From assembly GCA_973851085.1 (NCBI GenBank), contig OZ316776.1, positions 14,136,001-14,200,000 on the forward strand: a DNA stretch of 64,000 nt, given 5' to 3'. The stretch comes from Ptychomitrium polyphyllum. Lineage: Eukaryota. A program made the translations under genes and the position numbers. Numbering within the stretch: the first letter of the stretch is position 1; the number at the start of each line of letters is the position of its first letter. Below are positions 26,700 through 39,400 of this stretch, piece after piece. The notes under the pieces are model-generated. The model was not told the origin of the DNA. It searched no databases and was given only the letters and a program-made list of their open reading frames with translations.

Positions 26700-29600
26700 A
26701 TATATCTATCCATTATATGCAATAATTTTTGCCTTCATCCAGATTTTCCTATATTTTTGCATTAAAGTCAAATTATCATGCAATGGCTTTAGAATTTCCA
26801 TTAAATCATAGAAGTTGTACATGATTATTAAATTAAGGTTAAAAAATAAAAAACCAAACACCAATGGTTGCTACTTTACATCTTGTTTTTAAAATCCATC
26901 ACAAATTGATAAACATCTTTATGACAAAATAAAAAGTTCATATAGACATCCTTGCAAGATGCACTATTATGTGTTATATTTTAGTAGGTTGGTACAAGAG
27001 TATACTTGCAACATTAAACATTGAAGTTTGTATATTCCTTCTATGTAATAGACTACATGGAAAAATATTTTTAAAATAATGAGTAGTGAATGCAAGCAAT
27101 ATGCCATTTGATGTTGTTGCAATTCATCTCTTAGACTAATATTATGTAAATTAAAGCAGCAACAAGCTTTACTAGTACTTCTTTGGAAAAAGTGTTGGTG
27201 AATGTCTTAGTATCATTAGCCTATTGAATCTACAACCTAGTACCAATAGGCTATAACAATTCCATCTAACAAAATACTCACTTCTTCTAATTCAACTTAG
27301 TAGTTTAGATTTCCATGCAAAACATTCATAGCTCTAATATTTTTGCTTGCATATATTATCTATTATAGTTTGACATTGGTCTGTTTCTTTGTTTAGAATC
27401 TATTGCCTCTATAAGTTGTTGTTCGGTAATTTCTTATCCTAACACTTAGATTTATCCAAGCATGCTTTTTTGAAATCAGTTTAAATACAAGGTAGTGAAA
27501 AGTTGACTCAATTGTGCCTCTTAGGCTCACACATAGTACCAATATGCATATCCACCTTCCACTTTGAGGAACCAAAGATTTATCCACTCTCCATATATGG
27601 ATCTTAAGTGCAAATTTAATTTTTTTTTGGCTCATTAGATAGGTACTGACAATTTTTTTTAGGTTTATTGTGTGGAAAATATAAGAAATAAGAAGCTAGA
27701 CACAAAGTGGTTTTCAAGTATTAGTTTTTAAAAGGCTAATGATTAACAAGAATTGATACAAGGATTAAGACAAAGGCACAACATGGAATGCTCTACAATT
27801 TGTGTTGACAAGACTAAGGTATACCTTGTCTTGTCTCTTATTTATACTATAACACTTGTGTTTCTTAAAATACTTCTAAAAACTACATCTTTTTTCATCC
27901 AATGCCCAAATGTTTGCTCTTCATGTATGCATAGCAGTTGATAACTTGCATAAAGATCCATCAATAATAGCTACATACAAATCTATCCTACAATTCTTCA
28001 ACTATTGCATCTACATGCTATATAAAGTCTTTGTAAGAATATACAACATTTTTTTCAAATTTTCCAAAAAAAATCCCTGCAATGTATATAATCAATCAAG
28101 AATTTTATACAAAGTCCATGGTGGAATTAAGGTCATGGAAATCAAATTCATGGTGAATCATTGAAAGACTAAGGAAGTTATTAAATCTTTGAATCTACTT
28201 CATTGTTTATATTAGGAATATTAGAAGGTTAGTTAAAATTCCAAGTCTCAAATTGCAAATATTTTTGCAATATTTAATGAAAACCATCATAAACAAATGG
28301 TATGATAGTACTTTTTGGAGTTGTCTAGAATTTTAATGTTCTTATATGAATTGTATAAGGCTATGTATTGATATTGCGTTTTAGACCAAATGTATTTTTT
28401 TTTGCTTGTTTAAAGATATAATCCAACAATATAGACAAACTTCTATTATAATTTTTCATTTGCATTTTGGATTATTTCATCTATAAACCATGTGTATAAC
28501 ATTCCAATTGACTTAGGCAATGTTAGCAATAAAAATTTTAAGTCAAGGTACAAAATGTCATGCCTTGTCATAATAAGGTTAATTCATGCAAGGAAAAATT
28601 TAAAACTTACAAATTTTAGGGCGTATGCATGTTACTCACATCAATCATCATTACCTTACAGTACATAGAATTATATATGGCATGCCATGGTGGTCTTGGT
28701 AGTAGCTTGCTTCACATGATTAAACATACTCTATATATATTTTTAGGCTACATTTACTTTACAAGGTCCATTTTACAATTTTGGCCAATTATTGACATTT
28801 AAAAACTGAAATTTTTTCTTATATTTGGATAAAAAAAATTACTTCTTTAAAAAAAAATTCACTTTTTTTTATTTCCTTCAAGTTAGTAATAGTGTTAATA
28901 ATGCCTTTCTAACTAATATTTTCAAATTATGAGATTTTATTCCATATATTTAGAGACTTGAAGATCTTACTTATCCATGATGCTTCCAAAAAAGACATAG
29001 ATAATGCTCCAACTTGCTTGTCTTTAGTTATAAGCAAAGATTTTAGATAAAAACATTTTATTGTCTACATTGCAATGACAAAGATCTAGGCAAGTGGATG
29101 TTTTGTAAAATTTGTTATCAATGAAGGAGTGAATTTTAATTACATACTTTTTGCATGCACTTAGAGCCATAGGATGGTTGTAGACTCCAATATAAATACA
29201 TGCACTAAACTGACCTATGAATTCAAGGATGTAGTACATCCTAGCATTGCATACTTTGTTGCAATTAACATTTCACTTCTATATATACTTCATGTGGTAT
29301 GAGGTTCCTATGAATGCAGTTTACAACAAAGACGTGTATGCATTCCTTCATTCTTAGTATAATCCAACATCAAATACTAATACTTACATCAAAATCAAAT
29401 CAAAACAAATCAAGAAAACAAAACATGGTATTTAGAGTGTCTACCAAAAAATACTTGTATAGATGAAAGAAGGCTCTTTGCCTCACTTCAACATGTATCA
29501 ATGATAGAGGATGTTGCATTAAACTTAGTGGATGACGATTTCACTAGCTTTACAAAAGTCATTCTTTTTGAGGTTGCTTCTATTATAATACCTTCAATTA

Positions 29601-30400
29601 TTAAAAAAAAAAGGTGTAGGCCATCCAAAAGAGCAACTTTGATTACAAAAGCCTTGGAGATGGCTACAAAGTCTACAATAAAGATTCTAAAAATTTGTGG
29701 TAAGTCAACTAATTGCTTTTTTTTATTCTTATTAGCATAGAATTGTTTCTTTGTTTATAGGAATGCTTTATCATAGACTTAAAATTATTTTTTATTTTAT
29801 ACAATGAAAAAATTGACACGTGAGTCTTTATAATCAATAGCTCCATAAGCAAGTTCTAAGCCAAAAAATAAGACAAAAAAGATGTTTGACATATCTTCCA
29901 CCTTCTATTAATCTTCTCATTGCCAATATCTTTGAGAATTAACCAACTTCAATAGTCTCATGTTTGCATTTACTTAATCAACCTAGAAAAAAATTAATCA
30001 ATCCACTTGCAAAGGATGACAATCAATAAGAAGATTTTTTATAAGATTGAATGATCATGATAAGAGTTATTTGGACAATGGTGATGCCTTTTTTTATTTT
30101 ATTGATGTGATCAAATTTTGCATCCAAATTTAATTAATCATGCACATTGAGTTATGTTCAAAGAATGGTTGAGAATCAACAAGCTTCAATTAGCATGTCT
30201 AGATGATCCATCATGCATGATTAATCTTCCAATTAGTTTTTTTTATTCATTTATCATTTGTAATTTCCATTTTATAGGAATTAATAATAAATTTATTTAG
30301 GTTTTTTTATGCATCCAATTGATAAGCTATTCAAACTTGATATAAATTTGGAATCCAATGGTGTACTTTTCAACTATATAAATCAAAACAATAAACTCAT
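26700..30400 (-). pseudogene. Probable heavily decayed DNA-transposon-like (MULE/SWIM-type) coding relic
   Basis: Stop-riddled minus-strand fragments read like codon remnants (DLYVAIIDG...MQVINCYAYMKSKHLGIG near 27900-27990; CT*DPYMESG*IFGSSKWKVDMHIGTMCEPKRHN*VNFS near 27500-27610). They recall repetitive moss transposase-like proteins. Boundaries are uncertain and no TIRs were seen. Confidence 0.3.
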
Positions 30401-31686
30401 GAATATGGAAATTTCATGAAGGTGACCTTAAGAGAAGCACAATGCTTTAACAGTTACAACAATCTAAATTTGCTCATAGTTTAGAAATGTTATTGTAGAG
30501 TCTAAAACATTTATAATTATTCATACTATTTGTATTTTTTTATGTACAATTTATAATAATATGATTTTGAAGTTTGATAATCCAAAATTTCTCAAATTTG
30601 AATTAAATAATCTTAATCATTGGTAATGCATTGATCAAGGTCAACATCACTTTAGTTCCAAGATTGTTGCAATTTTTACAATGCACCTTAACAAGCATCA
30701 TGTACACCAACCCTTGTATACTCCTACATGTACATGGTTAGCCTCATTTTCACTCTCCAAGCTCCAGGCTTGGTTTCCAATTCTTCCTATTCATTTTTCT
30801 TAGAACATCCAATTGCTTGGTAGCCAATGGTTAGGTGTGGACTTCCATTCATGTCCAAGGCCTCACTTGGTGTTATTTCCATTCCACACGGCTAAACCGC
30901 ACTTAGTCGTGTCTCTTCACTACTACTCATGATTCCCATGTAATCCCATCATTACCTCAAGCCACCATGGTACCGGCATAAAGACATTGTCTCAAAATAA
31001 TGACACCTTGCGCATACATGAAAAGTCACTAGTTTGCTTTGAAAAATTGGCCACCTATTGGCTCACAATGGTGTGGTAGTTCCCGTGGTGAAGCCCCAAC
31101 ACTAGCTCCATCCACCAAAACTCCCCATTGATTATTACCGAGACACTATGGGAGTGGGGAGGAAATGTCACGGACATAGATTATGCAACATAGTCCTTAG
31201 AACATTCTAGAACCTTTTAGTATACTATAATAGCTTCTTAGAATACTTTTAGATGTCTCCATAGCCTTTCCATGTTCTTAGGAAGCTTCCTAGGAAAGTT
31301 CCTCCACCTTAGGAAACTTCCTAGGAAGGTTCTATCATTTTAGGTAACTTCATAGGAAACTTCCAAGGAAGGTTCTAATTCCTAGGAAGCTTCTTAGAAA
31401 GGTTCCAACATCTTAGGAAACTCCTTCGGAAGGTTCCATAGACTTCCAGAACCTTCTTAAGCCTTGTAGGAAGCTTCTTTAGAAGTATCCTAGGAGATAC
31501 AACTGTCATAGTATAAATAGGAGGCAAGACAAGGTATTCTTTAGTTTTGCCAACACAAGTTGTGGATCATCTTGAATCCTGTTTTGTTCTAGCCTTTGTA
31601 TCAAGTTCTTGTTAATCATTAGTTCTTTGGAAGCTAATTCTTGGGAAACACTTCGTTTCCGCTTCTTGGTTCTTGTGTCCTTAATA

Positions 31687-31700
31687 GTTTGGCAAGACTA
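31687..31700 (+). other. Non-tRNA primer-binding site of element A (putative self-priming)
   Basis: GTTTGGCAAGACTA follows the 5' LTR and is complementary to TAGT(C/T)TTGCCAA, located 30 nt after the LTR TATA box. Confidence 0.7.
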
Positions 31701-32105
31701 CTTTTCATCTTTGTCAGAGCTAAGGTTCTTTGAAAAAGATTGTGAATTACCCATCTTCTGTAGGATTCCATAGCGTCTTAGAAGTTGCGGATTACTCTCC
31801 TCTAAGTTGGCACCATAGAGTTGGTTTCTCCTTCTAAAACCAAGTCTTACTTCTTTCAAAGGACGCGGATTTTCCTCCTTTGAAGGTACTCATAGTCTTC
31901 TTGACTTTGCCAATCTTAAGAAATGGATAACGTGCCTGAAACATCAGAGAATAGGTTTGCAACTATTGCAAACCTTCAACGGTTATTAAATACAGTTTGA
32001 ATAGAACTCGCCCAATTTAATACCACCAACAATTTGTAGCAACACACTCGGCAAACTGAAGAATCCAATGGTGATATTTAAAGCCTATATCAAGAGGTTG
32101 TTTGA

Positions 32106-32942
32106 TTGCGAGAGGCCAATATTGGAAGAGAAGGCTTACGTCAAACCCATGCAGAGCCAAAGATTTGCATGCCAAACAAGTTCGATGGATCAAGATCAAA
32201 ATTGAGAGGCTTTGTTCAACAAGTAAGACTCTTCCTTAGTTTGCATCAATCTTACTATCCTGATGGCACAACTCAAGTAGGATTTGTGGCCACTCTTTTA
32301 TCAAACACTGCACTATTGTGGTTTGCACCATTAATGGAGAAGCAGTCACCATTATTGAACAACTAAGATGCTTTTATAGAAGCATTGACATCTACTTTTG
32401 GAGACACCGACCGAGAGAGGATGGCTGAAACTAGGATCCAAAGTCTCCAACAAGGACAGCGCTCAGCTGCTACATATGCTGCAGAGTTTCGACAATTAGC
32501 TTGCGACCTTGATTGGAATGATAAGGCCTTGGTCACACGATTTCGATGGGGCTTAAGAGAGAATGTGTAGGACTTGCTACTCACAATGCCAAAAGTTGAA
32601 ACATTGGATGAATTCATCACTCAAGCAATAGTTTGAAACAACAGACTATTTGAGAGGCGCCAAAAATAACGCTTGGGATGGCGACCAATACATCAAAGCA
32701 TGGCTACCACTTCTTCAAGAGTATCGGAACATCAACTACAAAGACCAGAACCTATGCAAATTGATGCTGCCTAGTTTAGTCGCTTGACTCCAGAAGAAAA
32801 AGAAAGGCGTCAAAGAGAAAACCTATGTTTGTATTATAGCAAGTCTGGACATAAAGTGCGCGATTGTCAAATCAAAGGATCTACCTTTAAGGCTCAAAGC
32901 ACAATGGTGGAGTTGAAAAACGAGGCTGTCCAGTCACAGTAG
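32106..32942 (+). pseudogene. gag: gag of element A, interrupted by stops
   Basis: EPKICMPNKFDGSRSKLRGF, LQQGQRSAATYAAEFRQLACDLDWNDKAL, PEPMQID and a decayed zinc knuckle (LCLYYSKSGHKVRDC). Start approximate. Confidence 0.85.
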
Positions 32943-35900
32943 GGATCATGCAACTGGACACCACAAGAAAACGACCATCAAATCAAGGTCTCTTACTACC
33001 TTCAAGCCCTACCTCTTGTTTTACATTTCCTATCAAAATAGAATTGTTAGATGATGAAATAATTAGTGAGGCTCTCTTAGACACTAGTGCAATGGCATGT
33101 TTTATGGACAAGGATTTTGCAACCAAACATCACATGGTGCTTGTGAAGAAAACATACCTCGCACCTGTTGAAGTTATTGATGAAGGATCTTTTGCGTCTG
33201 GCAACGTTATTGAAGAAACTCAACCCTTGGAGGTTATTTTAGGAGACCGGAAATCTAAGATTGTCTTCAACATCATTCAATGCCGAATGAATCCTATTGT
33301 TTTTGCCTTCCTTGGTTTGAATTACATAATCTAGACATTAATTGGCGCTCACGGAGTGTGGTTTCAAGGAAAAGACGTCAAGATACAAGAAATCTTGAAC
33401 CATCATTTATTACAGTTAAGGCATTTATAAAAGCGGCAAAGGATGAACCAATCTATGTCATTTATGCCACACCAATGTCTAGCTCTAGAATTGAGACTAA
33501 TCAAAATATACCTCGTCAATATCAAGATTATAAAGACGTTTTTGAAAAGATGAATGCGAACATGTTACCAAAGTACCAACCTTACGATTGTACCATTGAG
33601 TAGCAAGAAGGAGCCCAACCACCTTTTGGACCTATTTATAACTGATAACAAACTGAATTGGCTGCCTTGAGAGATTATATTGATGAAAACCTCAGAAAGG
33701 GTTTCATTCAACACTCTAAATCACTAGCTGGAGCATCCATTCTATTTGTAAAGAAGAAAGATGGATCATTACGTATGTGCGTGGACTATCGAGGCCTCAA
33801 CAAAGTAACAAAAAAGAATCGCTATCCATTACCATTAATCTTTGGACTCTTACAACAACTTGGCCAAGCAAAGATATTCACCAAAATTGATCTTAGAGGA
33901 GCCTACAATCTTGTACGCATCAAAGAAGGAGACGAATGGAAGCCAGCTTTTCGATCTTGGTATGGTCATTTTGAATACAATGTCATGTCTTTTGGCCTTA
34001 CAAATGCCCCCGCGGTCTTCCAACATATGATGAATGATATCTTCCATGAACATTTGGACAATTTTGTAGTCATTTACTTGGATGACATTTTAATAAATTC
34101 AAAGGATAAACAAGACCACGAATGTCATGTGCGATTACTCTAGGAAAACTACGCCAGCGAGGATTATATGCCAAATTGGAAAAGTGCCTATTCCATGAAT
34201 CCTTGGTTGAATTTTTAGGCTACATCATTTCCAAAGGAGGAATCCATATGGATAAGAAGAAAATAAGCACTGTCATGGAGTGGAGTATGCCAAGATCAAT
34301 TCGAGATGTTCAATACTTCTTAGAATTTGTAAATTTCTACAGGATAATCATCAAGAATCATTCCAAGATTGCGGCACCATTAACACGTCTTACGGGGAAG
34401 CAAAAATTCATTTGGGATGAAGAGGCGGAAAAAGCATTTCAAAGTCTTCAGAAGTCATTCACGTCGGCTCCAATTCTTATTCATCCAAATCCATCAAAGC
34501 CTTTGTATTTGGAAGCACATGCTTCAGATTTTACGCTTGGCTCAGTACTCTCACAATATGATGAAATCGAGAGACTTCACCCTCTTGCCTTTCATTTAAG
34601 GAAGTTCTCAGCGGCAGAGATCAACTATGATATACATGATAAAGAACTACTTGCAATTGTGGATGCGTTTGAAGAATGGCAACACTTATTGGAAGGAGCC
34701 CAACATACCATCACAATATACACAGACCACAAGAACTTGGAGTATTTCATGAGTGCGCGTGTTTTCAATCGCCATCAAGCAATGTGGAGTATGTTGCTTT
34801 CCAGATTTGACTTTGTCATTACCTATCGATCGGGTAGCTTGCAAGGTAAGCCAGATACCTTATCTCGAAGATCCTATTTAGCTCCGCAACCTGGAGATGA
34901 TGTTTTGGATCAACAAAGGACTATTTTATTGAAACCTAAGAATCTTCAATTGAAAGCAATGATTAGAACGACAACATCCCATCTTGACAAAATTTGGAAG
35001 GCTTTAAAGAATGACGTCTTTGTTTCAAATATAAAGAAGCGCCTCAAAGACAATGGAAGCCCTTCAAATAGTGATGAAGACTTTGAAATCCAAGAGGGCC
35101 TACTTTGGTATAAAGGACTTTTGTACCTACCTCCAGGCCCTTTGCGGTTGAAGATCCTTCAAGCACGTCATGATTTTCCAACAGCAGGACATTTTGGATT
35201 CAATAAAACAATGGAGTTGATTGCTAGAAACTATTGGTGGCCACAAATGTGGAAGTACGTAAAGGACTTTATTTGATCATGCGACACTTCTGCAAGAACC
35301 TAGGTACCGAGGCACCAACCTTATGGTCTCCTCCATCCGCTTCCAGTGCCAAAGGGCCCATGGTTGTCTTTACCAATGGATTTTATCACGGATCTTCCAA
35401 ATTCCGATTCTAAGGATTCTATTTTGGTAGTGGTGGATCGATTTATCAAAATGGCACATTTCATTCCATGCAACAAGACGGTAACGGGAGAAAAAACTGC
35501 CAAGTTGTTCCTCAATCACGTCTACCGCATACATGGACTACCAGATGATATTGTATCCGATCGGGGGCCGCAGTTCATTTCCAACTTTTGGAGGGCTCTA
35601 TTCCAGCTGTTGCGTGTAAAGATCAACCTTTCTTCAACACACCATCCACAAACTGATGGCCAAACCGAACGTGTAAATCAAATTTTGGAACAGTACCTTT
35701 GTTGTAGCATAAACTACCAACAAGACAGCTGGATGAACCTCTTGCCTTTGGCAGAATTTGCTTATAACAATACGGTGCATTCTTCAATAATTCAAAGTCC
35801 ATTCTTTGCAAACTATGGCCATCATCATCGAGCAGATCCATTTCAAGTAAAGCATATTGGAAGTCCTGCAGTAGAGGATTTTGCAATTCAACTTGCTAAA

Positions 35901-36425
35901 ATCCATCAAGAAATTACCTTCCAGTTACAACAAGCTCAAGATCATTACAAAACTTATGCAGATTGCCATCGAAAGGACCATCGAAAGTTCAAGGTTGGAG
36001 ACAGCGTATGGCTCCTACGACGAAATATACAAACAAAAAGACCATCAAAGAAGTTGGACTATCAAAGGCTTGAACCGTTTGAAATCAGCAAACAGATAAA
36101 TCCGGTTAGTTATCGCCTAAAGCTACCACCAAGCATGCAAATTCATCCAGTATTCCACGTATCGTTATTGGAAACCTATAACAAATCATGTATACCAGAA
36201 AGAATTGTCCCTCCGCCTCCTCCGCTGGAAATCAATAATGAAATTGAATATGAAGTGGAAGAGATCTTAGATTCACACATCAAAAACGGACGTGTGGAGT
36301 ACCTTATACATTGGCAAGGATATGGCATCAATGACCGAACATGGGAACCTTCAACGAATGTAACAAATGCATCCGAGAAGGTACTCGAATTTCATCAAAG
36401 ATATCTTCAGAAACCAGGTCAGTGA
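32915..36425 (+). pseudogene. pol: pol of element A (protease, RT, RNase H, integrase, chromodomain), with stops and frameshifts
   Basis: [23 protein letters not shown] and YLDD; RH NYDIHDKELLAIV; INT zinc finger (HDFPTAGHFG) and core (MDFITDLP, VSDRGPQF, HPQTDGQTER); chromodomain EYEVEEILDS...YLIHWQGY...TWEP. Confidence 0.93.
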
Positions 36426-39400
36426 TGATGTGTCATCAGTAGCCGTTAGCTTCACAGAGAAGTTTTTCCTTCATAGACAAGTATAAGAAGGGAGCAGAGA
36501 TATCCAAACCTCTATTTGTATGCAGCATTATTTCCAAGATAGATCATTTTCAGATCCTAGCCAATATATCAAATATTCGTGTTATCATGGACATGCGTGA
36601 AGAGCAGTTGGCCATGCCTTCACAACAACAACATCTGTTGAGCCAATCCAACTTTCTCAGCCCTCGATAACGGAGGAACTAAGTCAAGATATGGGAGGGA
36701 CATCCCAACGTCGAGTACGACCTCGTATAGAAGTATTAACTAGTCGCCTTTCACATTCCAGTCTTGATTCAGATGCTCGCGCTCTAGGCATCTTGTTAGA
36801 AATTGGAAGAGTCACCCTTGGAGGACCCGAAATCTTGTTTGGAGGATGTTTTGAAGGACTTAATCAAGATCAGATCTTGGGATGGGACATTTCAACAACA
36901 CAAGTCTTGGCCGGTGGCCATCGGCACTTCTTACAAGGACGAGTTGAACTAGTAAACAAAGAATAATGAGCAGAGTATGTTGCTTCATTCCTTTGACAAA
37001 TTTTGGAATTTGTAAAAATGTGACAAGCAAGCTAAAAAAAGAGCTCCTGATGGAATTCGTTGCTAAGTGGGGAGGTGATGTCACGGACATAGATCATGCA
37101 ACATAGTCCTTAGAACATTCTAGAACCTTCTAGTATATTATAATAGCTTCTTAGAATATTTTAAGATGTCTCCATAGTCTTTCCATATTCTTAGGAAGCT
37201 TTCTAGGAAAGTTCCTCCACCTTAGGAAACTTCCTAGGAAGGTTCTATCATTTTAGGTAACTTCCTAGGAAACTTCCTACAAAGATTCCATCACGTTAGG
37301 AAACTTCCTAAGAAGGTTCCAACATCTTAGAAAACTTCCTAGGAAGGTTCTGCTAACTTAGGAAACTTTCATGGAAGGTTCCAATTCTTTGGAAGACTCC
37401 TAGGAAGGTTCCGCTATTTTAGGAAACTTCCAAGGAAGGTTCCAACTCCTTGGAAGCTTCTTAGGAAGGTTCCGACATCTTAGGAAACTTCTTGGGAAGG
37501 TTCCTTAGACTTCCAGAACCTTCTTAAGCCTTGTAGGAAGCTTCTTTAGAAGTATCCTAGGAGATACAACCGTCATAGTATAAATAGGAGGCAAGACAAG
37601 GTATTCTTTAATCTTGCCAACACAAGTTGTGGATCATCTTGAATCCTGCCTTGTTCTAGTTTTTGTATCAAGTTCTTGTTAATAATTAGCTCTTTGGAAG
37701 CTAATTCTTGGGAAACACTTCGTTTCCGCTTCTTGTTTTTTGTGTCCTTAACAGGGAGATCAATCCTCCCTATAGTATTTTTTGTGGGATTTGGCAGGCT
37801 TCTTGGCCCTTTGTAGCTGGCCAAACCCTAACATATCCAAAACTTTGGAAGAACACCCAATCTCCCTTGGGACTTAGTCGCTAGGAGCCTTTGGAACTTC
37901 CTACATACCTTTAGGGTCTCATACCTTCCACTTTTGGTTTCCAAATCTATCAAGCAATTAGTCTATCGTCATCTACTCTTTACATAGATGCCGATAGATT
38001 CCTCAAACGTCAAATTTGAGTTAGTATTCTAAGAGATATGAGTCTGCCAAGGTTTGAGACTCTCGGGGAGTTCCTCCATGCACTGTCCCAGTCTAGCAAA
38101 GTCCTAGTCTAAGACAACCATAGTCTAGAATAGCCTCTAGCCAAGCCTAACTTTGGAGTTCCATATCTTCTAACTTCCTTGTCTGATTTTAGCAATCCTT
38201 AACATTCTAGAATCAATTTGTTGTGAGGCATCCAATGCCTATGACTTCTTCTTTGTGGCTCTTAGTATTTGTAAGCAAGGATGTTTCTCTCCTTCGGCGT
38301 TCTTTTCCATATTAGGCCCATTAGAATCACCTCATCATTGGCGCCACAAGTTTGAAACGTCACTCCGGGGTCTCTATTGTGCCTTTAGTCTTGCAAGCAC
38401 TCCTCAAGCAGAGATGCGCAACAAAGACATAAAATAATTACTTAATTTTGCATTCAAGCCTTTGATCACATTAATCCATCATATGAAGAAATACTTGTGT
38501 CAGTTGTGGAAGAAATTCACACAAGTAGAAACAATAATTGAAAGCACCCAAATTATCTACACCAAAATAGAAGCTTGCAGTCATGTGTTAAATGATTAAT
38601 TAGTGACTTGATTAAAATTTTGATAACTTCCTTAATACAAAGTCGGATTGGTATCAAGATTACTTGAAAATCAATACCGTTTAATATCAAACTAGCCGTG
38701 GTAACTTACAATAATTAGGCGGAAGATCCAAATCTTAGGTCATTTGTATAAAAACAAGAGTTTTATTTTGTGATGACATGTAGTTTTTTGAGTTTTAAAA
38801 TCAATTGATGATCATTGCAAAACTTTTGTATATTTCTTTTTGTTTAAAGAGTCTATACAGTTTTTTTATCCCTTAAATGTTATTCCTATTTGGTGTTTAT
38901 TAATTGAATTTATAGTCTTATTAATTTCCATTAAATATTATATAGTTAGTTATCAAGTGAACAATAATCAATTGATAGAAGAATTATTTAGAGAAGTATT
39001 TGTCCACCTTTAAGACCATGTAAGATAAAATAAAGAATTTGTTCATTCTTTAATGCCTTGAGTTGTTTGAATTCTAGTTGAGTAATGAATTCCATAGAAT
39101 TCAAAGTGATATAAGAGAATATTCTAAGGTTGGACGTCTTCTACCAAAATTAAATATGCTTATAATGATTGTAATGTTATGTTTACAATTGAGGTCAAAA
39201 TAGGTATTGATAGAAGCTTGCAAATTAATCTAGAACATGAAGAATCACATGGCTTTACATATCTTTATCCATTGGCATATAAATTTTCTATACAATGCCT
39301 TTCTAGTTTTTTTTTTTTTTTTTTTTTTTTTTCAAATTGTCAATTGCATTAGATGTAAACAGTGACCTTCCTCATTCTAAAATTTTGCAAATTGATTTAG

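Larger units (their letters stand above)
31166..37753 (+). mobile_element. Element A: complete but decayed chromodomain Ty3/Gypsy LTR retrotransposon (Tcn1/Tf1-sushi-like)
   Basis: 5' LTR 31166-31686, 3' LTR 37079-37753, PPT AAGTGGGGAGGTGA 37065-37078, gag-PR-RT-RH-INT-chromodomain order. Degenerate TSD GGAAA/GGGAG. Confidence 0.95.
30665..38423 (-). mobile_element. Solo LTR (~1.17 kb) of the tRNA-Met Gypsy family, split by element A into 30665-31165 and 37754-38423
   Basis: Both halves match the reverse complement of the LTR at 59668-60810 and are colinear across element A. TG...CA termini, TSD AAGAT (30660-30664)/AAGAC (38424-38428). Confidence 0.85.
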
